DNA from: a virus
DNA: 64,000 bases
Strand: one strand, 5' to 3'
Virus record (IMG/VR): IMGVR_UViG_3300025508_002497
Span: 1-64,000 of that record
The position numbers were made by a program, and so were the translations under genes. Positions 33,538 to 42,917 of this stretch are shown here, in pieces; position 1 is the stretch's first letter, and each line of letters opens with the position of its first letter. The notes below the pieces were generated by a model. The model had not been told where the DNA came from. It worked only from the letters and a program-made list of their open reading frames with translations, and did no database searches.

Positions 33538-35108
33538 TATGCTTTCCGAAAAACAAAGATAGGTTCATACTTCAAATATCTGCCGTTCACTTGACAGAAG
33601 TTTTTGCACTTTGGTTTGCCGTCTTCACCCACGCGGTTCTGACCAGGCATTCCTTCTAGTGCCATTTTCATTTTGTATTTATATTCTACACCAAGTTCAC
33701 CCAGTATGTCAATAGAGTCTTGCTCTAAAGGCAGATATTCTCCCTTGATCAATATATCTGCAATGTTCCATAGGAGATAGCCGCCTGGTCGTAACCATTC
33801 AGCACAAGTGGAAAGTGTCGGTCGCAAGAATCCATCACGCCATGACTCATATGAACTTCCATACTTCTTGTAACTCTGGTTTTCATCTTCACTATAAGCC
33901 TCTCGATTAAAATAAGGAGGAGAAGTGAAGACCACATCAATCTCGCCTCTGTGCTTTTGAAAATCTTTGTCATACTGAATCTCCTCGGAACCTAGTTGGA
34001 AGACTTCGTATGTATGTGTGCTTGAAAAGAATGGGTTTGATCTGTATGTTTTTGTGTTGTAAAAATCTGCGAGATCACTATAACGAGAACTTCCATCATT
34101 ATTAAAGTTATCAGGATTGGGGTCAGTGCCAATGTAATGCAGAGTGCGATCATCACGGACAGCCATAGCCCCAAGGATACGACCACCCCAGCCACTGCTC
34201 GGATCATAGATCTTAATCGGTCTGTCTTTGATGTGGTTAGTGAATCGCTCATACAAGTATTTAGCAGTCATCGGTGGGAAGTTTACTGCGGGTTGAATGT
34301 AGCCGATACGAAACGACTTGAACCCGCCAGGAAAAATCTTCTTACCTTTATCATACAAACGAATGGCATAGACAGACTCATCGTCCATGTTGTCGATGTC
34401 AAACGTCGAGTGGTGTCGATACTCCAGACGATCGCGGAACTCTTCGACTTCTTCTTTTGTTAACTGAAGAATGTTTGTTTGCTCTACTTGATGATAGCCT
34501 GTATTCAGTCCTTCTCGGATCTTGACTTGTTCGAGCAGGAAGTCCTTGCCCGCAAACATCGTCGGATTCTCAAAAAACGCGAGGATCCAATCCCTAGCAG
34601 AATCAACAGATACAACGCTATGCTTCCTCGAACGCTTGAGGGTGGAGACAGCATGAGAATAAAAAGAGTCCCTACGAAAGTGCCGAAGAGAACCTTTATA
34701 CACTCGATCAAAATAGTCTGGGTTGGCGACAAGATCGTAGATCGAGTGTCCATTGTCTTTCTCCGTATAGTTGATTCTTGTCTTAAACATATTGTCGAAG
34801 AACTGATCGGCTTCAACACCAAGTCGAGACTTGTTGATGATCACATCTTTCGGTGTGTCACTTAGTTCGTCATCGAACTCAAACTGATGAGCAGGAAACT
34901 CCGACATGCGGTTGAACGCAGTAACAATATCCTCTTCGTTCTTTCCCGTTCGAGGAGGACAGCCGTTGTTGTCCCACGCGGCAGTCAACTCTTCACGAAG
35001 TTGAATCACCCAATCTTTGAACTGATCGGGTGTCATCTCTAGAAGGTCTTCAAAGTTTACATTGACATCACTATTAATGATGGCATCATTTCGTTCGTAA
35101 AATCTCAT
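33537..35108 (-). CDS. SAM-dependent amino (N4-C/N6-A) DNA methyltransferase-like protein
   Basis: YDPSSGWGGR (motif I) precedes FTSPPYF (motif IV); LRPGG. Start likely MRFYERN at 35108 (ATGA overlap). Confidence 0.8.
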   Translation of the reverse strand: MRFYERNDAIINSDVNVNFEDLLEMTPDQFKDWVIQLREELTAAWDNNGCPPRTGKNEEDIVTAFNRMSEFPAHQFEFDDELSDTPKDVIINKSRLGVEADQFFDNMFKTRINYTEKDNGHSIYDLVANPDYFDRVYKGSLRHFRRDSFYSHAVSTLKRSRKHSVVSVDSARDWILAFFENPTMFAGKDFLLEQVKIREGLNTGYHQVEQTNILQLTKEEVEEFRDRLEYRHHSTFDIDNMDDESVYAIRLYDKGKKIFPGGFKSFRIGYIQPAVNFPPMTAKYLYERFTNHIKDRPIKIYDPSSGWGGRILGAMAVRDDRTLHYIGTDPNPDNFNNDGSSRYSDLADFYNTKTYRSNPFFSSTHTYEVFQLGSEEIQYDKDFQKHRGEIDVVFTSPPYFNREAYSEDENQSYKKYGSSYESWRDGFLRPTLSTCAEWLRPGGYLLWNIADILIKGEYLPLEQDSIDILGELGVEYKYKMKMALEGMPGQNRVGEDGKPKCKNFCQVNGRYLKYEPIFVFRKA

Positions 35109-35872
35109 GCTCCTACATTCCAAAAAAGTGCGCCAGGTGACGCATGATCCTTGATAAACTCCCACGCTTTTGCGTCGTAGGTTGGTGCGGACGGGAATGG
35201 GGGCAACACTTTGGTTGCTTTGTTGAAGGCGTATTTCGACTGGTAGGTCTTAGCCTTTCCGTACTCGCCGCTATGTCCCACACGGACGCAGTGAAAGGAG
35301 GATCCTTGCCATGCGAGTTGTAGTCCTCTGGTGAGTGTTCCACTTGATCCTACCGTCCAAACTTCATCTGGACATACATCCATGTTACGAGCCACCCTAA
35401 TGATGGAAGCGATAACAGTAGGATGGTCAAAACCAATAGGAAGTAATCTGCGATGCTTTGGATCTTCTGCAACATAATCTCTTGCCCTTTTTTCGGTCAC
35501 ACTAAGCATCCCGTTTGGGATCCAGTGCATTATAGCACCTGCTTCGATTGCTTGCAACTGATAAGGGTGTCTTTTTTCGACAGCACGATCTGCCATGAAG
35601 ATCACCGCCTTCTTGTCATACCTGCCACACAGATGTGCAAGTGAGATCTGAGCATAACCAGTGGCAGGTGAACTGCCATACACCCACTCATCAATCTCAG
35701 GCTGTGACTGGATCAGGTAGTCGGCGAATCGCATCTTCGACCCACCACCGATGAGATCATCACGGACGACGAGGATCCCCTCATGCTCCTCCACGATGGG
35801 AGCAGGGAGGGAATCCGTCCAATCACCGATCATCTCTAAGTAGTCTTCTGCTGTCTCTGTGAATAGACTCAT
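35105..35872 (-). CDS. PLP-dependent fold-type II enzyme (ACC deaminase/D-Cys desulfhydrase-like)
   Basis: VRDDL.GGGSKMR (PLP lysine), VGSSGTL phosphate loop, PTYDAK, FWNVG. Start MSLFTET has a GGAG SD. Confidence 0.8.
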   Translation of the reverse strand: MSLFTETAEDYLEMIGDWTDSLPAPIVEEHEGILVVRDDLIGGGSKMRFADYLIQSQPEIDEWVYGSSPATGYAQISLAHLCGRYDKKAVIFMADRAVEKRHPYQLQAIEAGAIMHWIPNGMLSVTEKRARDYVAEDPKHRRLLPIGFDHPTVIASIIRVARNMDVCPDEVWTVGSSGTLTRGLQLAWQGSSFHCVRVGHSGEYGKAKTYQSKYAFNKATKVLPPFPSAPTYDAKAWEFIKDHASPGALFWNVGA

Positions 35873-35882
35873 TTTTCTCCGA

Positions 35883-36701
35883 TCATAGATGATAACATAA
35901 GTTCCTACAGATATTAACATTCATATCATAATCATCGGTGGGATCTATTAGTGTCTGAACTTCATTACCTACAAACTGCTGTATTCCATTTTTTCTAGCA
36001 GAGGCAGAAAAAGTTACATACTCCATTTGAACACCGTCCGTGGTGTAATCTAATCCTTTATGAATTTGATCTGTTCTAATCATGTAACACATATGAACTA
36101 GATCAACAGCAAAAGTTCCAATAAGAGTTTTATTCCATATTGGTCTAGACATATTCTTATTTTCTTCTGAACCATCATAGTAACCATTTGAAGAACACCT
36201 CAAATAAAATCCTCTAGGAAAAGCACCATCATTATGCACCATCATAGGCGCAAAAATAGGTTTGTTTTCACGCACACAATACTTTATAGTTTCTGGTGGG
36301 AAAAAATTATCCCCATCACAAACGAAGTAATAGTCACACCCAGTATTTAAGGCATGGTACATACTTGCATTTCTTATTTTCCCGAGTGTACTGAGTCTAA
36401 TCCCACCTTCTGCGTACCACGCCTCTTCTCCACCGGGACCAGCCGAAACACCATCTAACTCATGAAAATATTCTTCAAGAAAAGTTACCGAACGATACTT
36501 TCCAGACTCATCTATTTTTTTACACCAGTCTCTAAGTTTTACGTTGGTGTTATCACTATTGTTATTTGTATGAACATAGATCGACAGATATTCAGGATCA
36601 TAATCAATATTTTCTACGCACTTTAAAAACATGGACAATTTATTTTCCATGTCTCTTACTAGTATTGTAATTTGCACTATTGGCATCAATCCTCTAGACA
36701 T
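35883..36701 (-). CDS. GT-A protein resembling the N-terminal domain of procollagen galactosyltransferase (COLGALT) and PLOD GT-like domains
   Basis: Colinear motifs NNNSDNT..LRDW, YRSV, CDYYFVCDGDN, ENKPIFAPMM, SSNGYY, GTFAVDLVHMCYMI, FSASARKNGIQQFVGN. Confidence 0.75.
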   Translation of the reverse strand: MSRGLMPIVQITILVRDMENKLSMFLKCVENIDYDPEYLSIYVHTNNNSDNTNVKLRDWCKKIDESGKYRSVTFLEEYFHELDGVSAGPGGEEAWYAEGGIRLSTLGKIRNASMYHALNTGCDYYFVCDGDNFFPPETIKYCVRENKPIFAPMMVHNDGAFPRGFYLRCSSNGYYDGSEENKNMSRPIWNKTLIGTFAVDLVHMCYMIRTDQIHKGLDYTTDGVQMEYVTFSASARKNGIQQFVGNEVQTLIDPTDDYDMNVNICRNLCYHL

Positions 36702-36729
36702 CTAACATCTCCATTATATGTTATTATAC

Positions 36730-38451
36730 TCATACTATCTTCAACTTACTAAAGTTATTCTTCTTATTAAATACCATCATGTTATTAAACTTATCTGCTA
36801 ACTGATCTGCCTTGTGACTAATAATATAAACATTACATCGAGAGCCTAGGTTATGAAGTAGTTTCATAAACTCGTCTGTACCCCCTGAATCTAAAGACGA
36901 ATCAAACACCTCATCAAGAATCAATAAGTTGGTGTTGGCACTGTTCTTCAACCTAGCAATCTCTCGCCATGTTAATAGTATTGCTAAGTCGATCCTAAGT
37001 TTTTCGCCTTCACTGAAACTCATATAACTAAAGTCATCTCGGTGCCTTGACTTGATAGTTTCATTGAAGTTTTCGTCTAGATTGAACTGGGCAAAGAAAT
37101 CCATAACAGTTAGATACTTGTTAATGAGTTTGTTCATGGTTGGGAGGTAGTGTCGGATGATCTTAGATTTGATCCCACTGTCCTTTAATAGTGCCATAGC
37201 ATACTCGGCGAGAACCTTTTCCTCTTTTAGTTCTTGCTGCTTCTCTACTTGTTCCTTGCCTTCCTTCGCAAGATTCTTAAGGATGTCCTTCTCCTTGAGG
37301 TTCTCTTTATCGATGGACATGAGCCTACTATACTCTTTCTGGTTCTTCGTGATGTAACTCTGGTTGGCTCGGATCGTCGTGTTGTGGTTACTAATTTCCT
37401 TTTCTTTCTCGCGGATTCGGCCGAGTGTTTCCGTGTACTCATCTAACTTCTTCTCCACAGCATCAATGCTTGTTTCATGTTCAACTCGAATTTTATTCTT
37501 CTCGTCCTGCTCCTCTGTAATCAACGAACAAATTTTATCCTTATGATCATCGGCGATTGGCTGACGACAAGTCGAGCAGTTGTCATTCTCTGTATAGAAC
37601 TTCATCTCTTTTTCTAGACGATTTAACATCTGCTCAGTCTGATTCAACTTCTTTGTCAGTTCCTTGAATGTCTTTTTAGTTTCATCCTGTTCACTCAGAC
37701 CGAGCAACAGGCTGTCAACCTCTACTTGTAGAACCTCAATCTTAGATTCAAGTTCTTTGATGTTGTCTTCTGTGTTCTTGATGTCGGTCATGATCACTTC
37801 GAGGTTGTCTTCGTTTTGTTTCTGTAGCGTCTCGATCATTTTCTTGTGAACAGAAACCTTCTCCACAATCACTTCGATCTTTTGATCTATAATGCCAATA
37901 CTTTCCTTCACTTCAGAATATTTACTTTTCATAAGTGTATTCATTGTGGAGAAAATCTGGATATCTAGAATGTCCTCGATCACTTCTCTGCGATCTGCGG
38001 CAGGTAACTGCATGAAAGGAACGAATGATGAACTACCAAGAATCACCACCTGAGTAAATGACTTGTAGTTCATCTTCAGGATTTGCTCCTCAAGCATTCG
38101 CTGATAGTCTTTCGCCTTGGCATCCTGATGTAGCATTACATCGTTCTTGTAGATCTCAAAGATCTTTGGTGCCAGACCACGACGAACCTTGTAGTCATCT
38201 TTACCAATCGAGAACTCGACCTCAACCACGCAATGCTTCTGGTTGATGCTGTTGACCAACTGAGGAATGTTTACCTTACGAAACGGCTTACCAAACAGAC
38301 CGAATGTAATAGAATCAAGCAGGGCAAAAGACTTACCCTGACCGTTCGATCCTGACACTAGAACCATAGAATATTTGTCGAGATATATTTCTGTGAAATA
38401 GTTTCCGAAAGAACCGAAGTTCTTAAATCGGACAGTTTTAAATTCAATCAT
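36730..38451 (-). CDS. 46: Recombination endonuclease subunit gp46 (Rad50/SbcC-like)
   Basis: GSNGQGKS, CSTC zinc hook, coiled coil, FSEGEK, LILDEVFD, IISH. Confidence 0.96.
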   Translation of the reverse strand: MIEFKTVRFKNFGSFGNYFTEIYLDKYSMVLVSGSNGQGKSFALLDSITFGLFGKPFRKVNIPQLVNSINQKHCVVEVEFSIGKDDYKVRRGLAPKIFEIYKNDVMLHQDAKAKDYQRMLEEQILKMNYKSFTQVVILGSSSFVPFMQLPAADRREVIEDILDIQIFSTMNTLMKSKYSEVKESIGIIDQKIEVIVEKVSVHKKMIETLQKQNEDNLEVIMTDIKNTEDNIKELESKIEVLQVEVDSLLLGLSEQDETKKTFKELTKKLNQTEQMLNRLEKEMKFYTENDNCSTCRQPIADDHKDKICSLITEEQDEKNKIRVEHETSIDAVEKKLDEYTETLGRIREKEKEISNHNTTIRANQSYITKNQKEYSRLMSIDKENLKEKDILKNLAKEGKEQVEKQQELKEEKVLAEYAMALLKDSGIKSKIIRHYLPTMNKLINKYLTVMDFFAQFNLDENFNETIKSRHRDDFSYMSFSEGEKLRIDLAILLTWREIARLKNSANTNLLILDEVFDSSLDSGGTDEFMKLLHNLGSRCNVYIISHKADQLADKFNNMMVFNKKNNFSKLKIV

Positions 38452-39503
38452 ACAGACAACGACTCCATATACAAATCACGAATCATCAGTTTTAATTTTG
38501 TCTTCTGCTCTTGGTTCAGTTCCTTCATATCTTCAACCTCATTCGATATGATTGAAACAGTATCCAAAGACAGATCAACGTCCTCTTCAATTTCATCTTC
38601 GCCACCGAAGTCTTCGACTACCGTAACATTAGACACTGGTACATCATATAGATTATCAAGGAACCTGTCAAACAAATATGGTTTAGTTTTATTGTCAACG
38701 AACAACTTGACATAGGCGTTTTTGTATTCGCCGAATGGGAACTTGCTGATGTCAAAGTCTTGGCTGTCGTCGTATGAGATCTTAAAGAACTTCTTTCGTG
38801 GGTTCTCCACAAACTCCAAGTCTCTCGTCTCTGTGTCAAAGACATGAAAGCCTTTTCTGTCGTTGAGATCACTGAAGGTAATCTGATATTGAGTACCAAG
38901 ATATGTAACATTGTTCTGGACGCTACGGCTGTGGAAGTGTCCAGACAGAACCATATCGAACCTTCGCAAAGGTTCATCCGACATACCACCATCAAAAGGC
39001 AGTCCTCGCATCACCTCATACCCATTGAGTTCAAAGTGACCACAGATGATGTTGCTCTTTGTATTCTTTAGATACTCTAAAGTCTTCTCACGATTCTCGC
39101 TGTTTACCCACGGAACCATACCAACTTTTACGCCATCAAATTCTAGATCAATCGGCTGTTGGTAGATAAAGAAGTTTGAATAACGATCACCGAACAACTC
39201 GTTAACCGAGTTAAGATCATTGGTATTCTTATAGAACGTATCATGATTGCCTAGAATACAATGAACGACGATGCCTTCACGAAGCAGTGGCTCCATGAAC
39301 TCACTACGAACAGTATTCAGTGTATTGAAGTTGACAAACTTTCGTCTGTCCATAAGATCACCTAAATGAAGAACAGTATCAATGTTGTTCTCCTTCAAAT
39401 ACGGAAAGAACTGTTCACGAAAAAAGTCCGTGAAGTATTCTAGGAATATTTGACTATCTGATCTTGCACCCCAATGAGTATCATTTATTATTGCTATCTT
39501 CAT
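38448..39503 (-). CDS. 47: Recombination endonuclease subunit gp47 (Mre11/SbcD-like)
   Basis: DTHWG, LGDLMDRRK, GNHD, GHFEL, SGHFH. Confidence 0.96.
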   Translation of the reverse strand: MKIAIINDTHWGARSDSQIFLEYFTDFFREQFFPYLKENNIDTVLHLGDLMDRRKFVNFNTLNTVRSEFMEPLLREGIVVHCILGNHDTFYKNTNDLNSVNELFGDRYSNFFIYQQPIDLEFDGVKVGMVPWVNSENREKTLEYLKNTKSNIICGHFELNGYEVMRGLPFDGGMSDEPLRRFDMVLSGHFHSRSVQNNVTYLGTQYQITFSDLNDRKGFHVFDTETRDLEFVENPRKKFFKISYDDSQDFDISKFPFGEYKNAYVKLFVDNKTKPYLFDRFLDNLYDVPVSNVTVVEDFGGEDEIEEDVDLSLDTVSIISNEVEDMKELNQEQKTKLKLMIRDLYMESLSV

Positions 39504-40047
39504 TTACATCCTCAAAACATGAAGTCAAACCGGCTTGATTTTTCTTCTTACTCTTTTTAGGCTCAAACTTCTTCAAGTCATTATCATTTAACTGAAAGAA
39601 CTCTTTCATTGCATCATTTGGATTCTTATCAAAGTAATTCTCCTTGAACCACTTGTGGATATGACCAGCGTGATCACCTTCTTCAATCATCTTGAACTTA
39701 ACGTATGACTGCTTCTTTTCTTTCTCGATACGTCTGAGAAAGGCATAGTAAATAATTTGAGTGAAATATGAGAAAGGATTCTTCGACTTCTCGGGATTGA
39801 AATTGTGTGCATATAGAATACAATTCTCAATCGCATCGCCGATCATTTCATCGACGAAGGAGTAGTTCATGAAGTTAGGCTTCATCGCAAGATTGGTTGC
39901 GATCTTGATAAAGCACTCACCGATATACTCTGTAATGGGAGGTTTGGGATCTCCGTTACTTTCGGCAAGGACTACCTGCTCTTTCCAGTCGGACATCTTA
40001 TCGAAGAACAATTTGTTATCGATATAGTGGTTTGATTTCTTCGCCAT
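39481..40047 (-). CDS. 55: Late-transcription sigma factor gp55
   Basis: HYIDNK.F, YIGECF.KIA, PNF.NY, DAIENC, NPFSYFTQIIYYAFLRRI.KEKKQ. Confidence 0.96.
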   Translation of the reverse strand: MAKKSNHYIDNKLFFDKMSDWKEQVVLAESNGDPKPPITEYIGECFIKIATNLAMKPNFMNYSFVDEMIGDAIENCILYAHNFNPEKSKNPFSYFTQIIYYAFLRRIEKEKKQSYVKFKMIEEGDHAGHIHKWFKENYFDKNPNDAMKEFFQLNDNDLKKFEPKKSKKKNQAGLTSCFEDVNEDSNNK

Positions 40048-40067
40048 GTGAATCACTTCCTTTTGTC

Positions 40068-40097
40068 ATAATATACCCTCTAAAAAATTATTGTCAA
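40068..40097 (-). promoter_or_regulatory. Sigma70-type promoter for gp55-47-46
   Basis: TTGACA (40097-40092) with TATATT at 16 nt or TATTAT at 18 nt spacing. Confidence 0.75.
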
Positions 40098-40105
40098 GTT
40101 TTTCC

Positions 40106-40133
40106 TTGACAGTTTTCCAAACCCCCATATAAT
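40106..40133 (+). promoter_or_regulatory. Consensus sigma70 promoter on the + strand, antisense to the HNH gene and late operon
   Basis: TTGACA 40106-40111, 16 nt, TATAAT 40128-40133; no credible + strand gene downstream. Confidence 0.7.
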
Positions 40134-40179
40134 TCGACTTGTCGAGAGGAAAAGGGATACCTCCGGATACCGGATACTG

Positions 40180-40695
40180 TTAGGTTGGTATCCACCGTTT
40201 CCAAATACGAAGCAACTCATCTTGTATCTCAGCCAACTGCATCTCTAGATGCTTTGGTTTTCTTGGTTTGTTGATCAGGGGCATCTTACATTCTTTAGGT
40301 TTTCGATTTCCCTTCTTTGAGTTACAAGGCGCACAAGCAGTTGTAAGATTTGTCCAAGAAGAATCACCACCTCTTGATCTAGGCATAACGTGATCAATTG
40401 TTAATGTCTTATTGTTTTTCGATTTCAAACCACAGTATTGGCAAGTCCAGTTATCTCTCTTGAAGATATTTCTTCTTGTGGGTAGATGTGATTGATGTGG
40501 TGTGAGAACATATCGAATCAGTACTAGTGCTGCGGGTAGTGGATATGTTCCCTTTGGTGTTTTAATCTTATAAGTCTTGGAAAAGGAATAAGGTTTTATT
40601 GCCTTTCCAGATTCTAAAAGTGCTACTGCTTTTTTCCAATCGATCACATTTAATACTTCCTCAGAAGCGTTCAAGAGCAAGACTTCTCGATCCAT
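40180..40695 (-). CDS. HNH endonuclease (bacterial HNH_5/McrA-like type)
   Basis: VLLLNAS, RRNIFKRD..TCQYCG, TIDHVMPRSRGG, NL.TAC..CN.KKG. Confidence 0.92.
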   Translation of the reverse strand: MDREVLLLNASEEVLNVIDWKKAVALLESGKAIKPYSFSKTYKIKTPKGTYPLPAALVLIRYVLTPHQSHLPTRRNIFKRDNWTCQYCGLKSKNNKTLTIDHVMPRSRGGDSSWTNLTTACAPCNSKKGNRKPKECKMPLINKPRKPKHLEMQLAEIQDELLRIWKRWIPT

Positions 40696-40707
40696 GTGGT
40701 CTCCAAA

Positions 40708-41421
40708 TTAGTTAAGGTAATCGTCGATGTCCGAACTCCAGTCAGTTAATCTATTGCCAAAGTCTGGATGATTTTTATCATCCCCAGTGTATTCCTCTGT
40801 GATCTTTTCTGAGTTCATGTTCTCAAATAAGAACTCAGACATCTGATCAGGCTTAATGATACCCTGATCTAACATCTTCTTTAACATCTCAGGTGGAATC
40901 ATTAGAGTCATCACGATGAACTCTTGCATTTCATCCTCATCTAAATCATCCAGTCCATCTACACCATCAAGTTGATCTGCCAATTCGTCGTACATCTTTT
41001 TCATGGCATCGTCAACATTTTTGTTCACATCAAACAAATCACCCAAAGGATTCTTTAGTGGGGGTGAGTTTGGATTTTCTTCGTCATTGTAGTTGATTAC
41101 ATTTCTTTTCTTCTTGAGTTCTTCTTCCCTCTTCTTCTCTATAGTATAGAGTTTTTCTGTTTCCCCAGTGGGATTCAAAAAGGCAAGAATATTCTCCTGT
41201 TGAATTGTAATCTCATCACCATCAGCAAAAGCGGTCCAACTCTGAAGCATGGTAACGTCTTTCTTCATGCCGCTCATCGGATCGATTACTGATTGTGTTC
41301 TGAATAAGAAGGGTTTATGTAGAGTCAGTTTCTTTCGATCTGACTTTACAATCTTTGCTATCACATCATCTCCATTTTTCAATCGGATGATTCTGCTCGT
41401 AATCTCATCAGTCATAATCAT
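40708..41421 (-). CDS. Hypothetical protein downstream of uvsW (Sm-like N-terminus, acidic C-terminus)
   Basis: IIRLKNGDDVIA...L..P...W pattern; typical position in T4-like phages. Confidence 0.6.
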   Translation of the reverse strand: MIMTDEITSRIIRLKNGDDVIAKIVKSDRKKLTLHKPFLFRTQSVIDPMSGMKKDVTMLQSWTAFADGDEITIQQENILAFLNPTGETEKLYTIEKKREEELKKKRNVINYNDEENPNSPPLKNPLGDLFDVNKNVDDAMKKMYDELADQLDGVDGLDDLDEDEMQEFIVMTLMIPPEMLKKMLDQGIIKPDQMSEFLFENMNSEKITEEYTGDDKNHPDFGNRLTDWSSDIDDYLN

Positions 41422-42917
41422 CTCCTTATATGAATTTTCGATATCTCATAATCAAACTTCTCACTAGTATATATTTTGATTCTTTCTCCAAGATGTCGGA
41501 AAGTATGATTTTCATATTTTCCTATGGTAAGATCATCTGAAAGATCAAACAACTTTACTTTCTGTTTCCTATCTGATTTTCGTAGTCCTCTGCCTATACT
41601 TTGAAGAACTCTTACAACAGATTTAGAAGGGCTAGCGAAAACAATGTTATCAATATTCCTAATATTAATGCCAGTAGAGCAGGTTCCGTAAGACGCAACC
41701 AAAACCGAGTTAGTTTTCCTATCAACGATCTTGCGAATCTCTTCCCGTTGTATGACATCTGTTGCTCCGTGTATGAGGAAAGTCTCTTTATCTCCTTGAC
41801 TAATCAATTCATACAACGGTTTCCCGTGCTTCTCCACATAGTTGAAGAGGACTAGAGTATTACCCTTTAACCTGTTGGTTAGTTCGGCAATAAACTGGTT
41901 TCTCTTCTCATGAGTAACAATCCATTCTATTTCATCCTGATATTTTTTTCTCTTCATAAACTCCTTCTCGTCCTTAGTATACTGCAATGAAATGCAGTTG
42001 ATTGATAAGGTTGAGAGAAGATTCTTATCCATTAAGTTCTTGGTTGTCGTAACCTGAAACACCCTACCAAAGAGTCCTTCAATTACGAGTTTGTGTGTCT
42101 GTGTTCCATCGAGTGTGCCTGTAGTTCCTATTCGATAGTAGCAGTCATCTAGATTCGACATTAACGTCGAGAGTGATTTGGCTTTAAATAAGTGGCATTC
42201 ATCTCCAAACACACAACCGAATTTTGAAAAATATTCTTTTGGCATTTGGTATAAACTCTGCCAAGTTGAGATGACAATTCTCTTATCTGTTTCTTTCGAC
42301 TGCCCACTGAACACTTGATGGCAGTTAGACATACAATCCCAGTCGTCGTTAGACGAATAGTCTTTGAAGTCCTCAAGCATCTGTGATACTAGACCTGTGG
42401 TTGGTACAATGATCAGTAACTTCTTCTCTGGGGGCAGCAGTTCCATATAGTAACGCATCAGTGTATAGATGATCAGCGACTTCCCAGACGCAGTAGGAGA
42501 GAGCAGGAGACATCTCTTGGTATTCAATGCGTGTTGAATAGCATTCACTTGATGTAAGTGTGGTTTAATTGCTTTATTATTTGCTACGATGGACAGGGAG
42601 TCAATAAAGTCCGTAACGTCGCTCTGAGAGAACTCTGAGGACGGTAGAGAGTCCTTCAGCGTTTCCTCTAACTGGATACTATATTTTCTATCCTTAGCGA
42701 ACTGAATTACATAATCCAGTAAGCCTCGGTATATAGTCTGCTTGTATAGGTTGAATAACTTGATAGTGCCGTCCCACTGCTTCTTTTTGTAAGCGGGACT
42801 GAACTCATGGTTTGGAACTTTGAACGTGAAGAAGTCGGATAACTCTTTTGCTATCCACCTCTCACAATCCAATTTCACATATACAGAATCTAAATGTAGA
42901 ACAGAAATATCACTCAT
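41418..42917 (-). CDS. uvsW: UvsW SF2 DNA helicase
   Basis: WDG.IKLF, SPTASGKS, DECH, GTTGT, QSIGRGLR. Confidence 0.96.
   Translation of the reverse strand: MSDISVLHLDSVYVKLDCERWIAKELSDFFTFKVPNHEFSPAYKKKQWDGTIKLFNLYKQTIYRGLLDYVIQFAKDRKYSIQLEETLKDSLPSSEFSQSDVTDFIDSLSIVANNKAIKPHLHQVNAIQHALNTKRCLLLSPTASGKSLIIYTLMRYYMELLPPEKKLLIIVPTTGLVSQMLEDFKDYSSNDDWDCMSNCHQVFSGQSKETDKRIVISTWQSLYQMPKEYFSKFGCVFGDECHLFKAKSLSTLMSNLDDCYYRIGTTGTLDGTQTHKLVIEGLFGRVFQVTTTKNLMDKNLLSTLSINCISLQYTKDEKEFMKRKKYQDEIEWIVTHEKRNQFIAELTNRLKGNTLVLFNYVEKHGKPLYELISQGDKETFLIHGATDVIQREEIRKIVDRKTNSVLVASYGTCSTGINIRNIDNIVFASPSKSVVRVLQSIGRGLRKSDRKQKVKLFDLSDDLTIGKYENHTFRHLGERIKIYTSEKFDYEISKIHIRR

Noticed and set aside
35883-36701. T4-type DNA alpha/beta-glucosyltransferase, given its position near genes 46/47
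   Set aside because: T4 Agt and Bgt are GT-B fold; this protein has GT-A DxD-type, COLGALT-like motifs.
40180-40695. HNH as an intron-encoded homing endonuclease
   Set aside because: Free-standing between intact genes, with no split gene or group I intron features seen.
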